Notes under the pieces: model-generated | The model's database searches: none | What the model was told of the DNA's origin: nothing | The model's input: only the letters and a program-made list of their open reading frames with translations | DNA from: Chiloscyllium plagiosum | Lineage: Eukaryota | Length of the DNA: 64,000 bases | Assembly (NCBI RefSeq): GCF_004010195.1 | Contig: NC_057757.1 | Coordinates: forward strand, 7,083,402 to 7,147,401 | Direction of reading: 5' to 3' | Position numbers and translations under genes: made by a program | Part shown: positions 23,760 to 37,913 of the stretch, one piece after another | How positions within the stretch are numbered: position 1 is the stretch's first letter | Layout of the letters: the number at the start of each line of letters is the position of its first letter

Positions 23760-24110
23760 TCATTCATTAAAGAGATGACAACACTGCCGGCTAGGCCAGC
23801 AATTATTGCCCATCCCTAACTGCCCAGAGGGCAGTTTAAGAGTCAACCACATTGCTGCGGGTCTGGAGTCACATGTAGTCCAGACCAAGTAAGGATGGCA
23901 GTTTCCTTCCCTAAAGGGCATGAGTGAACCAGATAGGTTCTTCCGACAATGAATTCATGGTCAGCATTGAACACTTAATTCCAGTACTTTCTGTTTCACA
24001 TTGAATTCAAATGCCATCACCTGCCAATGTGAGATTCAAAACTGGGTCCTCAGGACATAACCTGGATTTTCTTTCATGAATTAACAAATCCAGCGATAAC
24101 ACCACTAGGC
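23760..24110 (-). mobile_element. tRNA-headed SINE, same family as 2950-3291
   Basis: Colinear similarity to 2950-3291. Confidence 0.7.
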
Positions 24111-24359
24111 TGTTCATGCTGTGAAGGAATGGAAAAATGTCTTAATGATAATTGCATTTACCCATTAAAAATAGATTGAAGTCCCCCATAAATATTGTAT
24201 TACTCTGTGTTACCGGCACCTTTGATTTCCTTATTTATATCATGCCCAATATTATCACGACTGTTTAGTTCCCTATGGGCAGCTTCCACATTGTCTGCTG
24301 CTTCTTGCTGTTTCTTAGCTCCTCCCAAACTGAGTTCCAATCTGATTTCCAGTCTCCAC

Positions 24360-25795
24360 TTATTCTGACCTGAGGTGGAGAGGGTCAAGAATGTCAAGTT
24401 CCCAAGAGTGACGATCACCTACAATCTGCTTTGGTCAAGATACGATGGTCAAGAAGGCACAACAATGCCTCTTCTTTCTCAGGAGGTTTAGGGAATTCAG
24501 CATGTCCATAAGGACCCTCACCAGCTTCTACAGATGCACCATAGAACGCACTCTGCCTGGATGTGTAAGGGCCTGGTCTCCCTACCGCTTTTCCCAGGAC
24601 TATAAGAAACTACAGAAAGTTGTGTGCACAGCCCAGACCATCACGGAAGCCAACCTTCCATCCATGGACTCTATCTACACCTCTTGTTGCCGTTGCAAGT
24701 CTGCCAACATCATTAAAGACCCCTCCCAACCGTAATGCCCTCTTCCAATGTCTTCCATCCGGCAGAAGATACAGAAGCTTAAACACACGCACCAACAGGT
24801 TCAGGAACAGCTTAGAACATAGAACATAGATCATAGAACAATACAACACAAAACAGGCCCTTTGGCCCTCGATGTTGCACTGACTTGTGAACTATTCTCA
24901 GTTCGTCCCCCTACATTATCCCAAAGTCATCCATGTGCTTATCTAAGGACTGTTTAAGTCTCCCTAATGTAGTTGAGTTGACTACCTTAGCAGGTAGGGC
25001 ATTCCACGCCCTTACGACTCTCTGCGTAAAGAACTTGCCTCTGACATCTGTCTTAAATCTATCACCCCTCAATTTGTAGTTATGCCCCCTTGTACAAGCT
25101 GATGTCATCATCCTAGGAAAAAGACTTTACTGCCTACCCTATCTAATCCTCTGATCATCTTTTATGTCTTTATTAAATCCCCTCTTAGCCTTCTTCTTTT
25201 CAATGAGAACAGACCCAAGTCTCTCAGCGTTTCCTCATAAGATTCCCTCCAGACCAGGCAACATCCTGGGAACATTCAATTTGTAGTTGTGCCCTCTAGT
25301 ACAAGCTGACGTTATCATCCTAGGAAAAAGTCTTTCACTGTCTACCCTATCTAATCCTCTGATCATCTTGTATGTCTCTATCAAATCCCTCCTTAGCCTT
25401 CTCCTTTCCAATGAGAACAGACCCAAGTCTCTCAGCCTTTCCTCATAAGACCTTCCCTCCAGACCAGGCAACATCCTGGTAAATCTCCTCTGCACCTTTT
25501 CCAATGCTTCCACATCCTTTCTGTAATGGGGCGACCAGAACTGTACACAATATACCAAATGTGGCCGCACAGCTTCTTCCCTGCCATTATTAGACTGCTG
25601 AATGGACCACTCAAATTTTAAATCTAACATTGATCTTGCTTTGCGCCACTCCTGTGCAGTATAATCCTGTACACCTCGCTCTGTCTAAACACCCTATGAC
25701 CAGTATGTCCTTGTACGTTATGATCTGCCTGTACTGCTCGCAAAACAAAACTTTTCACTGGACTTAGGTAAATGAGACAACAATAAATCAAATTA
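24360..25795 (+). mobile_element. Rex1/Babar-like LINE 3' fragment interrupted by a minus-strand CR1 (24814-25568, TSD acagctt)
   Basis: VKKAQQCLFFLRR..FYRCTIE..IIKDPS..LPSGRRYRS..TNRFRNS; acagctt at 24807-24813 and 25569-25575. The CR1 insert has an internal duplication of about 200 bp. Confidence 0.8.
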
Positions 25796-26597
25796 TTAAA
25801 AATCTCATCATTTATTAACTGAGCTATCTTACCTCCTTTTCCATTTTGCCGAACTTATCAGAAATCTCAAACAACCTTGGAGATTTAGTTTCCAGCCTTG
25901 GTCACCATGAAACGATGTTGCTGCTATGCCAGTTAGATCATACCTATCCTTCCATCTGTGCCTCATTATAAATGTTACGTACATTCAGATGGAGTGCCAT
26001 TGATTCTGTGTTTTTTATTATTTTAAAGATATTATTTTTGCAACCTCTGGCCTTACCTGCTTGCATGCTTTTAATCCTCTGTCAGCCTCTTCCAGCCACA
26101 CCAGGACTATTAATGCCTTTAATTACTACCTTGCCTCGCCTTCTCTCTTTAACTCATCATATCTTCCTTCATGCTTGCTATTTAGTTTAAAGCCCTCTCA
26201 AATGCTTAATTATATAATGCACCAGTTCGCTGGTCACAGTAAGTTCAGGTGAAGATCAACTCTCCTAAATCAATTTTCCTAATCTTATTGACGCCCAACT
26301 TCAATTTGCTCCAGGCTCTGGTAATAGCTCAGACACGCTTCCCTTCAAGGTTCTGCTGTTTAATTTGACCCCTAGCTGCCTCATACTTTTGGGGTGCTTG
26401 CTTTTTACTTGATGGGCTAAAGAGTGTTGTTCTGTGCTGGGCACCTCTGTGACTCTCGAAGCGGAATCTTTTTCCTGGTCCTCCCTGTGCTGTTGGCAGC
26501 CATGTAAGTCTTGACCACTGGATCACCTAGCTCCCACTGCAAGTGCCTGCCCTGTTGACGTGTTTGCCCTGGATTGTAGAAGTATCCAGTCATTGCT

Positions 26598-26922
26598 TGG
26601 AGGCAAATGGCATAGTAGTATTATCACTGGATTGTTACTCCAGAGACCCCCTGTAAATTTTGTGGAGACCTGGTTCAAATCTCACTATGGCAGATTGAAT
26701 ATAATAAAAAAATCTGGAACAAAAAGTCTAATGATGACTATGAATCCATTGTTGGAAAAAACCTATCTGTTTCATTAATCCCCTTTAGGGAAGGTAACTG
26801 CCATAATTGACTGGCCTATATGTGACTGCTGACCCACAGCTATGTGGTTGACTCTTAACTGCCCTCTGGGCAATAAATGCTGGCCTAGCCAGCAGTGCCC
26901 ACAACCCATGAATTAATAAAAA
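26598..26922 (+). mobile_element. tRNA-headed SINE, same family as 2950-3291
   Basis: ggaggcaaatggcatagtag...ctggttcaaatc...gactcttaactgccctctgggcaataaatgctggcctagccagc. Confidence 0.7.
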
Positions 26923-26959
26923 ATAATTCTTGAACTCTCCCCTTGCATAAATATTTGCA

Positions 26960-28235
26960 TCATCTATAAATACAGGCCAGGTACTGAAGAGTGGGTAATA
27001 TTATGTCTTTGTTTAAGAAGGGATGCAAGGACAACCCTGAGAACTACAGACTGTGCGTCTGACTTTGGCAGTGGGTAAGCTGTTGGAAGTGATTCATTTA
27101 TATACAATTGGAGAGACAAGGAATGATCTGGAATAGTCAGCATGGGTTTGTGTGAGGGAAATCGTGTCTCACAAACTTGATTGAGTTTTTTGATGAAGTA
27201 ACCAAGAAGATTGATGAGGGCAGAACAGGAGACATTGTTTACTTGGACTTTAGTAAAGCCTTTGACAAGGTTCTGCATGGTAGACCAGTGAGTAAAGTTG
27301 AATCACATGGGATTCAGGGTGAGCTTGCCAATTGGATACAACATTGGCTGTATGGTAAGAGACAGAGTGTGGTGGTGGAGGGTTGTTTTTTGGACTGGAG
27401 GCCTGTGACCAGCCATGTTCCACAGGGATCAGTGCTGGGTCCACTTTGGTTTGTCATTTACATAAATGATTCAGATGAGAATATAGAAAGTGTGGTCAGT
27501 AGGTTTGCAGATTGGTGGTATAGTGGACCATGAAGAGGGTTATTGAAGATTACAAAGAGATCTTGATCAACTGAATCAATGGGCTGAAGAGTGGCAGATG
27601 GAGTTTAATTTGGATAAATGCGAAGTATTGCATTTTGCTAAAGTGAACAAAGGTAAGAGTTATACAATGAAAAGTAAGGCCTTGGACAGTGTTTTCGAAC
27701 AAAGAGACTTAGGGGTGCAGGTATATAGTTTGTTGAAGTTTGTATCACATATAGTTAGAATGATTAAGAAGACATTTAGCACGCTTGCTGTCATTGCTCA
27801 GACCTTTGAGTATAGGAGCTGGGACGTTATGTTAAGATTGTACAGTACATTGGTGAGTCCTCTTCCAGAGTATTGTGTCTAGTTTTGGTTGCCATGTTAA
27901 GGGGGGGAGGATATTATTAAGCTGGAGAGGGTTCAGAAGTGATTAATCATGATGTTGGTGGGATTGGAGGGTTTAAGTTATATGGAGAGGCTGGATAGGT
28001 TGGGACTTCATTCACTGGAGTTTTGGAGGTTGAGAGATGACCTTATAGAGGTTTATAAAATCATGAGGAGTATAGATAAGGTGAATGACAGGTGTCTTTT
28101 CCCTAGGGTGGTGTATTTTAAGGGAACATACTTTTAAGGCAAGGGGCGAAAGATTTAAAAAAGATATGAGGGCAATTATTTTCCACAGAGGGTGTGGAAT
28201 GAACTTCCACAGGAAATGGTGGATGCAGGTAGTGT
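26960..28235 (+). mobile_element. CR1 LINE RT region, decayed
   Basis: [23 protein letters not shown] and MEFNLDKCEVLHF. Confidence 0.9.
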
Positions 28236-28279
28236 GTGTCACTATAGTCTTGCCAGACCATAGCGGCTGCTCTCTCATT

Positions 28280-28890
28280 AGAACATAGAACATTATAGCG
28301 CAGTACAGACTCTTCGACCCTTGATGTTGTGCTGACCTGTGGAACTAATCTGAAGCCCATCTAACCAATACTAATCCATTCACATCCATATGTATATCCA
28401 ATTACCATTTAAATGCCCTTAAAGTTGGCAAGTCTACTACTGTTGCAGGCAGTGCATTCCACACCCCTACTACTCTCTGAGTAAAGAAATTACCTCTGAC
28501 ATCTGTCCTATATCTATCACCCCTCAATTTAAAGCTATGCCCCCTTGTGCTAGCCATCGTCATCTGAGGAAAAAGGCTCTCTCTGTCCACCCTATCTAAC
28601 CCTCTGATTGTCTTGTAAGTCTCAATTAACTCACCTCTGAATCTTCTACTTTCTAACAAAAACAGCCTCAAGTCCCTCAGCCTTTCCTCATAAAACCTTC
28701 CCTCCATACCAGGCAACATCCTAGTAAATCTCCTTTGAACCCTTTCCAAAGCTTCCACATCCTTCCTATAATGCAGTGACCAGAACTGTACGCAATACTC
28801 CAAATGTGGCCACATCAGAGTTTTGTACAGCTGCAGCATGATCTCATGGCTCCAAAACTCAATACCTCTACCAATAAAAGCTAACATATT
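28280..28890 (-). mobile_element. CR1 LINE 3' fragment
   Basis: ORF 28402-28929, ORF2 C-terminus. Confidence 0.9.
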
Positions 28891-29594
28891 GCATTTTAAT
28901 TCTGGGTTCAAATGTCTTCTTAACCTCAATTTTATTCATTTACAATTGAAATCATGTTTGTTTAAACCTTTTTTAGACATCAAAGGTAGAAATTCCAGAT
29001 TTCTTACTGAGAACAGAAAATACTGATGATAATCAAGGGGGCTGGCTGTGGAGAGAGAAAAGGTTTAATGAGATGCTGCTAGACCTGCAAATCATTCCAT
29101 TTTTATTTCTTGTTCCTAGCATCTGCAGTATTTTACTATTACTTTTATTTTTAGTATTGTTGGACCAAAACTTACTTGCGGCCTAACAGACCTTATTTCC
29201 CAGTTCTGTACTGATGCACCTCTTATCCAGAAGCGATGAGGTATGCATCACAGAAACTGTGGAATGATGGCTTTCCCCTCCTCCTCCTAGCAGCACCCCC
29301 AAAGTGGAATGCCCCTGAGTCTCACTGACCACATTCCCAAGGCATTGTTTCGTGGCAGGCAAATTCTGTCTGCTGTAATTTCCTCCCTCTGACTCCATGA
29401 AGTTGGTTAAAAATCACACAACACCAAGATTGTAGTCCATCAGGTTTATTTGGAAGTACTAGCTTTCAGAGCGCTGCTCCTTCGCCAGGTAGCTCGTGAG
29501 GCAGGATCATAAGACACAGAATTTATAGCACAAGATCATAGTGTCATGCAACTGATACAATATATTGAACTTGGTTGTAGCACTTGAGATTAAA

Positions 29595-30635
29595 GGGCTG
29601 GCTCGAAGGTGGAAGACAGAGCGTGGTGGTGGAAGGCTGGTTTTCAGACTGGAGGCCTGTGACCAGTGGTGTGCCACAAGGATCAGTGCTGGGTCCACTA
29701 CTTTTCATCATTTGTATAAATGATTTAGATGTGAGCATTACAGGTATAGTTAATAAGTTTGCAGATGACATCAAAATTGGAGGTGTAGTGGACAGCGAAG
29801 AGAGTTACCTCAGGTTACAATGGATCTTGATCAGATGGGCCAATGGGCTGAGGAGTGGCAGATGGAGTTTAATTTAGATAAATGCGAGGTGCTGCATTTT
29901 GGGAAAGCAAATCTTAGCAGGACTTACACACTTAATAGTAAGGTCCTAGGGAGTGTTGCTGAACAAAGAGACCTTGGAGTGCAGGTTCATAGCTCTTTGA
30001 AAGTGGACTCACAGGTAGGTAGAATAGTGAAGAAGGCATTTGGTATGCTTTCCTTTATTGGTCAGAGCATTGAGTAGAGGAGTTGGGAGGTTATGTTGCA
30101 ATTCCAATCTCCTTCCTATCGGAAAGATATTGTGAAACTTGAAAGGGCTCTGAAAAGGTTTACAAGGATGTTGCCACGGTTGGAGGATTTGAGCTATAGG
30201 GAGAGGTTGAATAGGCTGGGGCTGTTTTCCCTGGAGCGTCGGAGGCTGAGGGGTGACCTTATGGAGATTTATAAAATTATGAGGAGCATGGATAGGATAG
30301 ATAGACAAAGTCTTTTCCCTGTGGTGGGGGAATCCAAAACTAGAGGGTATGGGTTTAGGGTGAGAGGGAAAAGATATAAAAGAGACCTAATGGGCAACCT
30401 TTTCACACAGAAGGTGGTACGTGTATGGAATGAGCTGCCAGAGGAAGTGGTGGAGGCTAGTACAATTGCAACATTAAAAAAGGCATTTGACTGGGTATAT
30501 GAATAGGAAGGGTTTGGAGGGATATAGGCCAGGTGCTGGCAGGTGGGAGTAAATTGGGTTGGGATATCTGGTCGGCATGGATGGGTTGGACTGAAGGGTC
30601 TGTTTCCGTGCTGTAGATCTCTGAGTCTATGACTG
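29595..30635 (+). mobile_element. CR1/HER1-type LINE 3' portion with tail
   Basis: [18 protein letters not shown]..; tail ctctgagtctatgact. Confidence 0.92.
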
Positions 30636-30669
30636 CGACTGTTGTTTTAAATTGCTCACTTAAACAATA

Positions 30670-30998
30670 TGATGATCAGAGGATTCGCGAGGGTAGACAG
30701 TGAGTGTCTTTTTCCTAGGATGATTACTTCAGCGTGTACGAGAGGGCATAACTACAAACTGAGGGGTGATAAATTTAAGAGAGATGTCAAAGGCAGGTTC
30801 TTTACGCAGAGTGGTAAGGGCGTGGAATGCACTACCTGCTAATGTAGTCAACTCAGTCACATTAGGGAGATTTAAACAATCCTTAGATCAGCATATGGAT
30901 GACTTTGGGATAGTGTAGGGGGATGAGCTGAGAATAGTTCACAGGTCGGCGCAACATTGAGGGCCGAAGGGCCTGTTCTGGGGTGTATTGTTCTATGT
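30670..30998 (+). mobile_element. CR1 3' end, tail-to-tail with the long minus-strand CR1
   Basis: Same subfamily as the 24814-25568 insert; tail ttgttctatgt. Confidence 0.8.
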
Positions 30999-33900
30999 CT
31001 TCTTAACAACCCTATCAACCTGGGTGGCAACTTTCAAGGATGCTTGTACCTGGACACCGAGATCTCCCTGCTCATCTACACTACCAAGAATCTTACTATT
31101 AGCCCAGTATTCTGTTACACCTTCCAAAGTCAATCATTTCACACTTTTACACATTAAACTCCAATTGCCAGCTCTGCAGCTTATCTATGTCTCTCTGTAA
31201 CCTGCAACATCCTTCATCACTATCCACAACTCTACCAACCTTAGTGTCATCTGCAAATTTACTAACCCATCCTTCTATGCCCTCATCCAGATCATTTGCA
31301 AAAATGACAAACAGCAGTGGACCCAAAACAGATCCTTGAGGTACCCCACTAGTAACTGAACTCCAGGATGAATATTTCCCATCAACTACCACTGTCTATC
31401 TTCTTTCAGCAATCCAATTACTGACCCAAACTGCTGAATCACCCTCAATCCCATGCCTCCGTATTTTGTGCAATAGCGTACCGTAGGGAACCTTATCAAA
31501 AGCCTTACTGAAATCCATATACACCACATCAACCACTTTATCCTCATTTACCTGTTTGGTCACCTTCTCAAAGATCTCAATAAGGTTTGTGAGGCACGAC
31601 CTACCCTTCATAAAACCATGTTGATTATCCCTAATCAAATTATTCCTTTCGAGATGATTATAAATCCTATCTTTTATAACCCTTTTCAACACTTTACCCA
31701 CAGCTGAAGTAAGGCTCACAGGTCTATAATTTCCAGGGTTGTCTCTACTCCCCTTCTTGAAGAAGGGAACGACATTTGCTATTCTCTAGTCTTCTGGTAC
31801 TATTCCTGTAGACAATGGCAACTTAAAGATCAAAGCCAAAGGCTCGGCAATCTCCTCCTGGCTTCCCAGATAATCCTAGGATAAATCCCATCCAGCCCAG
31901 GGGACTTATCTATTTATACACTTTCTAGAATTGGTAACACCTCCTCCTTATGCACCTCAATCCCATCTAGTCTAGTAGCCTGTATCTCAGTATTCTCCTC
32001 AACGACATTGTCTTTTTCTCGTGTGAATACTGATGAAAAGTATTCATTTAGCACTTTCCCATCTCCTCCGACTCCACCCACAACTTCCCATGACTATGCT
32101 TTGGCCCTAACCTTACTCTAGTCATTCTTTTATTCCTGACGTACTGATAGAAAGCTGTAGGGTTTTCCCTGATCCTATCTGCCAATGACTTCTCATGTCC
32201 CCTCCTGGCTCTTCTTAGCTCTCTCATTAGATCTTTCCTGGCTAACTTGTAACTCTCAAGTGCCCTAACTGAGCCATCACATCTCATCCTAATATAAGCC
32301 TTCCTCTTCCTCTTGACAAGAGATTCAACTTCCTTAGTAAACCACTGCTCCCACGCTCAACAACTTCCTCCCTGCCTGACCGTTACATACTTATCAAGGA
32401 CATGCAGTAAGTGGTCCTTGAATAAGCTCCACATTTCAAGTGTGCCCATTCCCTGCCGTTTCCTTCCCCAACCAATGCATCCTAAATCTTGCCTAATCAC
32501 ATCATAATTGCCTTTTCCCCAGCTATAACTTTTGCCCTGCAGTATATACCTATCCCTTTCAATCACTGAAGTAAACATAACCGAATTGTGATCACCATCA
32601 CCAAAGTGCTCACCTGCCTCCAAATCTAACACCTGGCCAGGTTCATTATGTGGCCAATGTGGTCTTGCTCCTTGTTGGCCTGTCTACATACTGTGTCAGG
32701 ATGTCCTGCACACATTGGACAAAAACTGATCCATTTGAAGTACTTGAATTATCATATTCCCAGTTAATATTTGGAAAGTTAAAGACCCCCATAACTATGA
32801 TCCTGTCACTCTCGCTCCTATCGAGGATCATCTTTGCTATCCTTTCCTCTCTATCTCTGGAACTATTCGGAGGCCGATAGAAAAATCCCAACAGGAGACC
32901 TCTCCTTTCCTGTTTCGAATCTCAGCCCATACTACCTCAGTAGAGGAGACCTCAAACGTCCTTTCTGCAACTGTAATACTGTCCTTGACTAACAGTGCCA
33001 CATCATCCCCCTTTTACCATTTTCTCTGTTCTTACTGAAACATCTAAACCCTGGAACCTGCAATAACCATTCCTGTCCCTGCTCTACCCATGTTTTTGAA
33101 ATGGCTACAACATCAAAATCCCAGGTACTAACCCATGCTGCAAGCTCACCCACCTTATTCCGGATGTTCCTGGTGTTGGAGTAGACACACTTCAAATCAA
33201 CTTCTTGCTTGCCAGTGCCTTCTTGCGATCTTGAAATCTTAGTTCTGACTTCACTACTTTCAACCTCCTGTATATTCGAACTACAATTTTGATTCCCATC
33301 CCCTTGCTGAATTCGTTTAAACCCACCCAAAGAGCATTAACAAATTTCCCCCCCAGGATATTGGTAACCCTCTGGTTCAGGTGAAGACCATCCTGTTTGT
33401 AGAGGTCTCAACAACTCCAGAAAGAGCCCCAAATATCCAGGAATCCAAAACCCTCCCTCCTGCACCATCCCTGCAGCCATGAGTTCAACTTCTTCCTCTC
33501 CCTATTCCTCGACTCACTAGCACATGGCACAGGCAACAAACCAGAGATAACAATTCTGTTCATTCGAGCAATAACCTTCCACCCTAGCTCCCTGAATTTC
33601 TCCCTTAAATCTCCACCTCTCTTCCTACAAATGTGGTTGATGCCTATGTGAACCACGACTTGGGGCTGGTCCCTCTCCCCCTCAAGGATCCCGAAAACGC
33701 GATCAGGGACATCACGAAGCCTGGTACCTGGGAGGCAACACACCAACTATGAGTCTCTCTCTCATTCCCACAGAATCTCCATTCTGTCCCCCTTAATTAT
33801 GGAGTCCTCAATGACTAATGCTCCGCTCATCTCCCCTCTTCCCTTCTGAGCAACAGGGACAGACTGTGTGCCAGAGACCTGTGCCCCATTGCTTACCCCT

Positions 33901-34560
33901 GGTAAGTTGTCCCACTCAACAGTATCCAAATCGGTATACTTGTTGTTGAGGGGAACAGCCACAGGGGATCCCTGCACTGCCTGCTGGTTCCCTTTCCATC
34001 CCCTGACTGTAACCCATCTATCTTCTTCTTTTACCTGAGGTGTGACTATCTCCCTGTAACTCCTCTCAATAACCCCCACCATCTCCCGAATGATCCGAAG
34101 TTCATCCAGTTCCAGCTCCAGTTCCCTAATGTGGTTTTTGAGGAGCTGGAGTTGGGTGCACTTCCCACAGATGCAGTTCGCAGGGACACTAGTGGTGACC
34201 CTTACCTCCCACATTCTGCAGGAGGAACATTCAACTGCCCTAACCTCCATTCCCACTGTTCTAAATTCCCAATGAGATGACAGAAAAACTAAAAGAAACT
34301 AGTCACCTTACCAATCTGGTGCACAGAAATCCTTTTTTTTGTGTTTTGAGGAGGATGGGTAGGAGACACTATTTGAGTAGTGTATGGGGTAAAACAACCA
34401 CCCAAATATAAAACCTCATTTGCCCAGCAGTCCCGTGTCTGCTCCTGCTCAGTTACCGTCCACCTATACACAATGTAAGCTTTAATATCTTTTAAAATTT
34501 ACCTTCCCATCGGGCCTCTAGTCCTCGCTGTTGCTCCTCCCACTCCAACTGCTGCCAAGA
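30999..34560 (-). mobile_element. Near full-length decayed CR1-clade LINE (ORF1 zinc finger/leucine zipper plus SGNH esterase; ORF2 APE endonuclease plus RT), 3' end missing
   Basis: ORF1 pieces CSSC..CGKC..LELELDEL, ALVIEDSII and CLPG..VVHIG; endonuclease [56 protein letters not shown] and FADDTK. Broken by stops and frameshifts. Confidence 0.92.
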
Positions 34561-35094
34561 AAATGAAGGTAAAGAAAGAGAGAGAAGCAACTGGTGGTGA
34601 TTTAACCTGAGGAGCACCACACCTCAGGCAAGGGGTTGAGAAGGAGAACCCTTTATGGTAACCTCAAACTGGTCATGAGAATTGAACCCACACTGTTAGC
34701 ATCATACTACTCTATATACCAGCAATCCAGCCAACTGAGCTAAACCAATTCCTCGATATAAGGATAGTTAAAACATTTCAAAGACATTTGGATAAGAAAT
34801 GTTTGGAGGGATATGGGCCAAGCACAGGCTGGTGGGACTAGTTTAGTTTGGGATTATGGTTGGCATGGACCGATTGGACTGAAGGATCTGTTTCCGTGCA
34901 GAGTGACTCTATGGGTCTGCAACCAAAGCACAATACCTATTCTGTTACCTTTATGGTGTTTAAGTAAGTATTTTACTGGTTATTATTTAATTCAAAGTTA
35001 AAAATCACACACCAGGTTATAGTCCAACAAGTTTATTTGGAAGCACTAGCTTTTGGAGCGTTGCTCCTTTATCAGGTGGTTGTTTAATTAACCT

Positions 35095-35433
35095 CCTTCC
35101 AAATCCACCACAAATTCACCTGCACCTCCACACACATCATTTATTGCATCTGCTGCACCCGATATGGGCTCCACTATATTGGGGAGACAGACCGCCTACT
35201 TGCGGAATGTTTCAAGAACACCTCTGGGACACCCGGACCGACCAACCCAACCACCCTGTGGCTCAACACTTCAACTCCCCCCAACGCCCTTCCCCCAAGT
35301 CCCTCCTCCCCACTTTTTATCTTAGCCTGCTTGGTACACTCTCTTGCTCCTTGGATGCTGCCTGACCTGCTGCGCTTTTCCGGCAACACATTTTCAGCTC
35401 TGATCTCAGCATCTGCAGTCCTCACTTTCTCCT
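35095..35433 (+). mobile_element. Penelope-like fragment with deletion (a second short Penelope-type end lies on the - strand at 34997-35085)
   Basis: IYCICC..LHYIGET...HPVAQHFNS; tail gctgcctgacctgctgcgcttttcc..catctgcagtcctcactttctcc. Confidence 0.75.
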
Positions 35434-35496
35434 AATTCATGTCTCTAGTCCTGCCTGCATTTATGTTATCATTATTTTAATAACATTCTACTTTGA

Positions 35497-35816
35497 GATG
35501 GCATGGTGGCTCAGTGGTTAGCACTGCTGCCTCACAGCACTGGGAATCCGCGTTTGATTCCAGCCTTGGGCGACTATCTGTGTGGAGTTTGCACGTTCTC
35601 CTGTTTCTGCATGGGTTTCCTGTGGATGCTCTGGGTTCCTCCCACAGTCCAAAGATGCGCAGGTCAGGGTGGATTGGTCATGCCAAATTGCCCCACAGTG
35701 TCCAGGAATATGCAGGTTAGTTATTGGAAATACAGGGATGAGGGTGGGTAGCAGTGGGGCATTCTTTGGTGGCACTAGATGGGCCAAATGGCCTGTTTCA
35801 CACTGTAGGGATTCTA
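35497..35816 (+). mobile_element. HE1-type V-SINE
   Basis: Head, V-domain and tail. Confidence 0.85.
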
Positions 35817-37913
35817 TTAAGTTGGTTTAAATTCCCTAGTTAAAACTGTTATGGGAATAATGTACTGATAATCAAGTCACACTGTGGATGCAAATGCTTG
35901 AATGTCATCACTAAAATGACCAAAGAGAATAGAAAACACTTTCCTTCAAACATAATCTGGTTGTTACAATAAACTTGTTCCTCCAACAATTGTCAAAACT
36001 AGTTAACAATGAAGCCAGAATTAAAACTATTTCTCCTTAATCCCAGACCAAGAAAAACTGTGACACAAACAGCCGACAAACCCTGCTACTTAAAAAGGGA
36101 AAGTTAAAGCACTCTCATTGAGCAATAATCTGTGAAGCAGAGTTTGATGTACCCTCTCAGATGATATGATTCTTTTCATTCAAGCCAAATCTCTGACTGA
36201 GGGGAAATCCTCTGACAGCACTTTTCAAACCCACCATCTCTACCACCTGGAAAGACATGGGAACACTGCCAGCTGGAAGCTCCTGTCTCAGCCACTCACC
36301 AGCCTGACTTGGAAATACATCATTATGGCTGCCTCAAAATCCTGGAATTGCTTCCCTGGCAGTGCAGTGTGGCTGTCCCTGCACTTCATGGACTTGCAGC
36401 TGTTCAAGAAGGCAGCTCACCACCAACTTCTCCAGGTCAACGAGCGATGGGTAGCAAATGATGATTTAGGGAATGATACCCCTATCCCGCGTCTGATCAT
36501 CGAAGAGAAAAAAATCCTCTGGAGCAAGAGACTAGAATGATCTGGATAGCTTTGTGAAAGAGCTGACTCAGGAACGATGGGTTGAATGGCCCCCTTGTGT
36601 GTCACATCACAAAGCTCACTCGATGAAAATACCACTGCAGGTACTTGTTGGTTGCAAAACACTCGAAACAGAAAAAATAAGAACTTGACTCGGCCATTTA
36701 GCCCTTCAGTATGATTGCAGCTGATCAACCAACTCAGTTGCCCTGTACCTGCTTTTGCCCCATAGTCTTTTGCCACATCTTGGGGTCACCACAGTCAGGG
36801 GTAGTCAGGGTGGTCGGTTCTGACCAGCCTGACTCATTGGGACCACTTCAGAGAGTAGTTAAGATTCAAACATATTGCTTTGTGCCTGGAGTCACATGTA
36901 GACCAGACCAGCTCCAACTGCAAGCTGTGGAGGGGTTTTCTGCCCTGGCTGCATGCCTCTCGTTGTGTGGTTAATTCAGTGCCTGGGGGTGTGGGCATGT
37001 GGCATACCTTGGCACACCTTTAGTGTTCAGACTATAAGAGACCATAAGACATCGGAGCAGAAATTAGGCCATTCAGCCTATCGAGTCTGCCCAGCCATTC
37101 AATCATGGCCGATACATTTCTCAAACCCTGTTCTCCTGCTTCCTCTCCTTGATAATCAAAAACCTATCCATCTCTGTCTTAAATAAGACTGACCTCCATA
37201 AATCCACTGTTTTGTGACCAATGGGCACCACAGGGGCTAACATAGATGATTTTCTCCAGGAATGACAGAAGAATTTAAACTGTGAGTTTCCTTTGAGGCT
37301 TTGATTCTTGTCGCAGTCCCTCTTTACCTTCTGATGCCTGTTCACTCACTGATCTTAAACCACAATTAAACTCCCAGCCCTCTCCTTGTTTCCCAGCACC
37401 TATGAAACTCCAATTTATGGTTCTGGTAATCTTATTTTTGTGAACTCTGAGACAATTACATCTGAGATCATATAAGCGACCTCTGATTTGAGAATCAATC
37501 AGATCCTCACAGAGTGACCCAAAATCGGAAGAAATTGCAAAATGTGCATCTGATCCCACCGCTGAGGATCATGTAACTGAACATGGGGTCGAGGTTATAG
37601 CTCAGAGATTGAAGCTACCCAGCCAGCTAATATCCAGCTTGTTGCTCTCCCAGTTTTCCTGCAAGCAGGGAGCAGCTTCCTAAGGCTGTTGCTGCATCTC
37701 AAACACAGTCATTGAGTGATGCAGCACCAGGAGACTCCGCAGTGAAGGGAAAGACAGAAACCCGCTGAAAACGAGTCATGCCAAAGTACAGCGAAAAGCT
37801 GTGTTTGCGAGCAATAAGGTAACATTCGGTAATAAAGAGTTTTCTTAGGCAGCAGTGGGGGAATGCTTGTCTAAAATCGGTTCTTTATGATTTTCTTGGA
37901 GGCTTAAAGGTGG

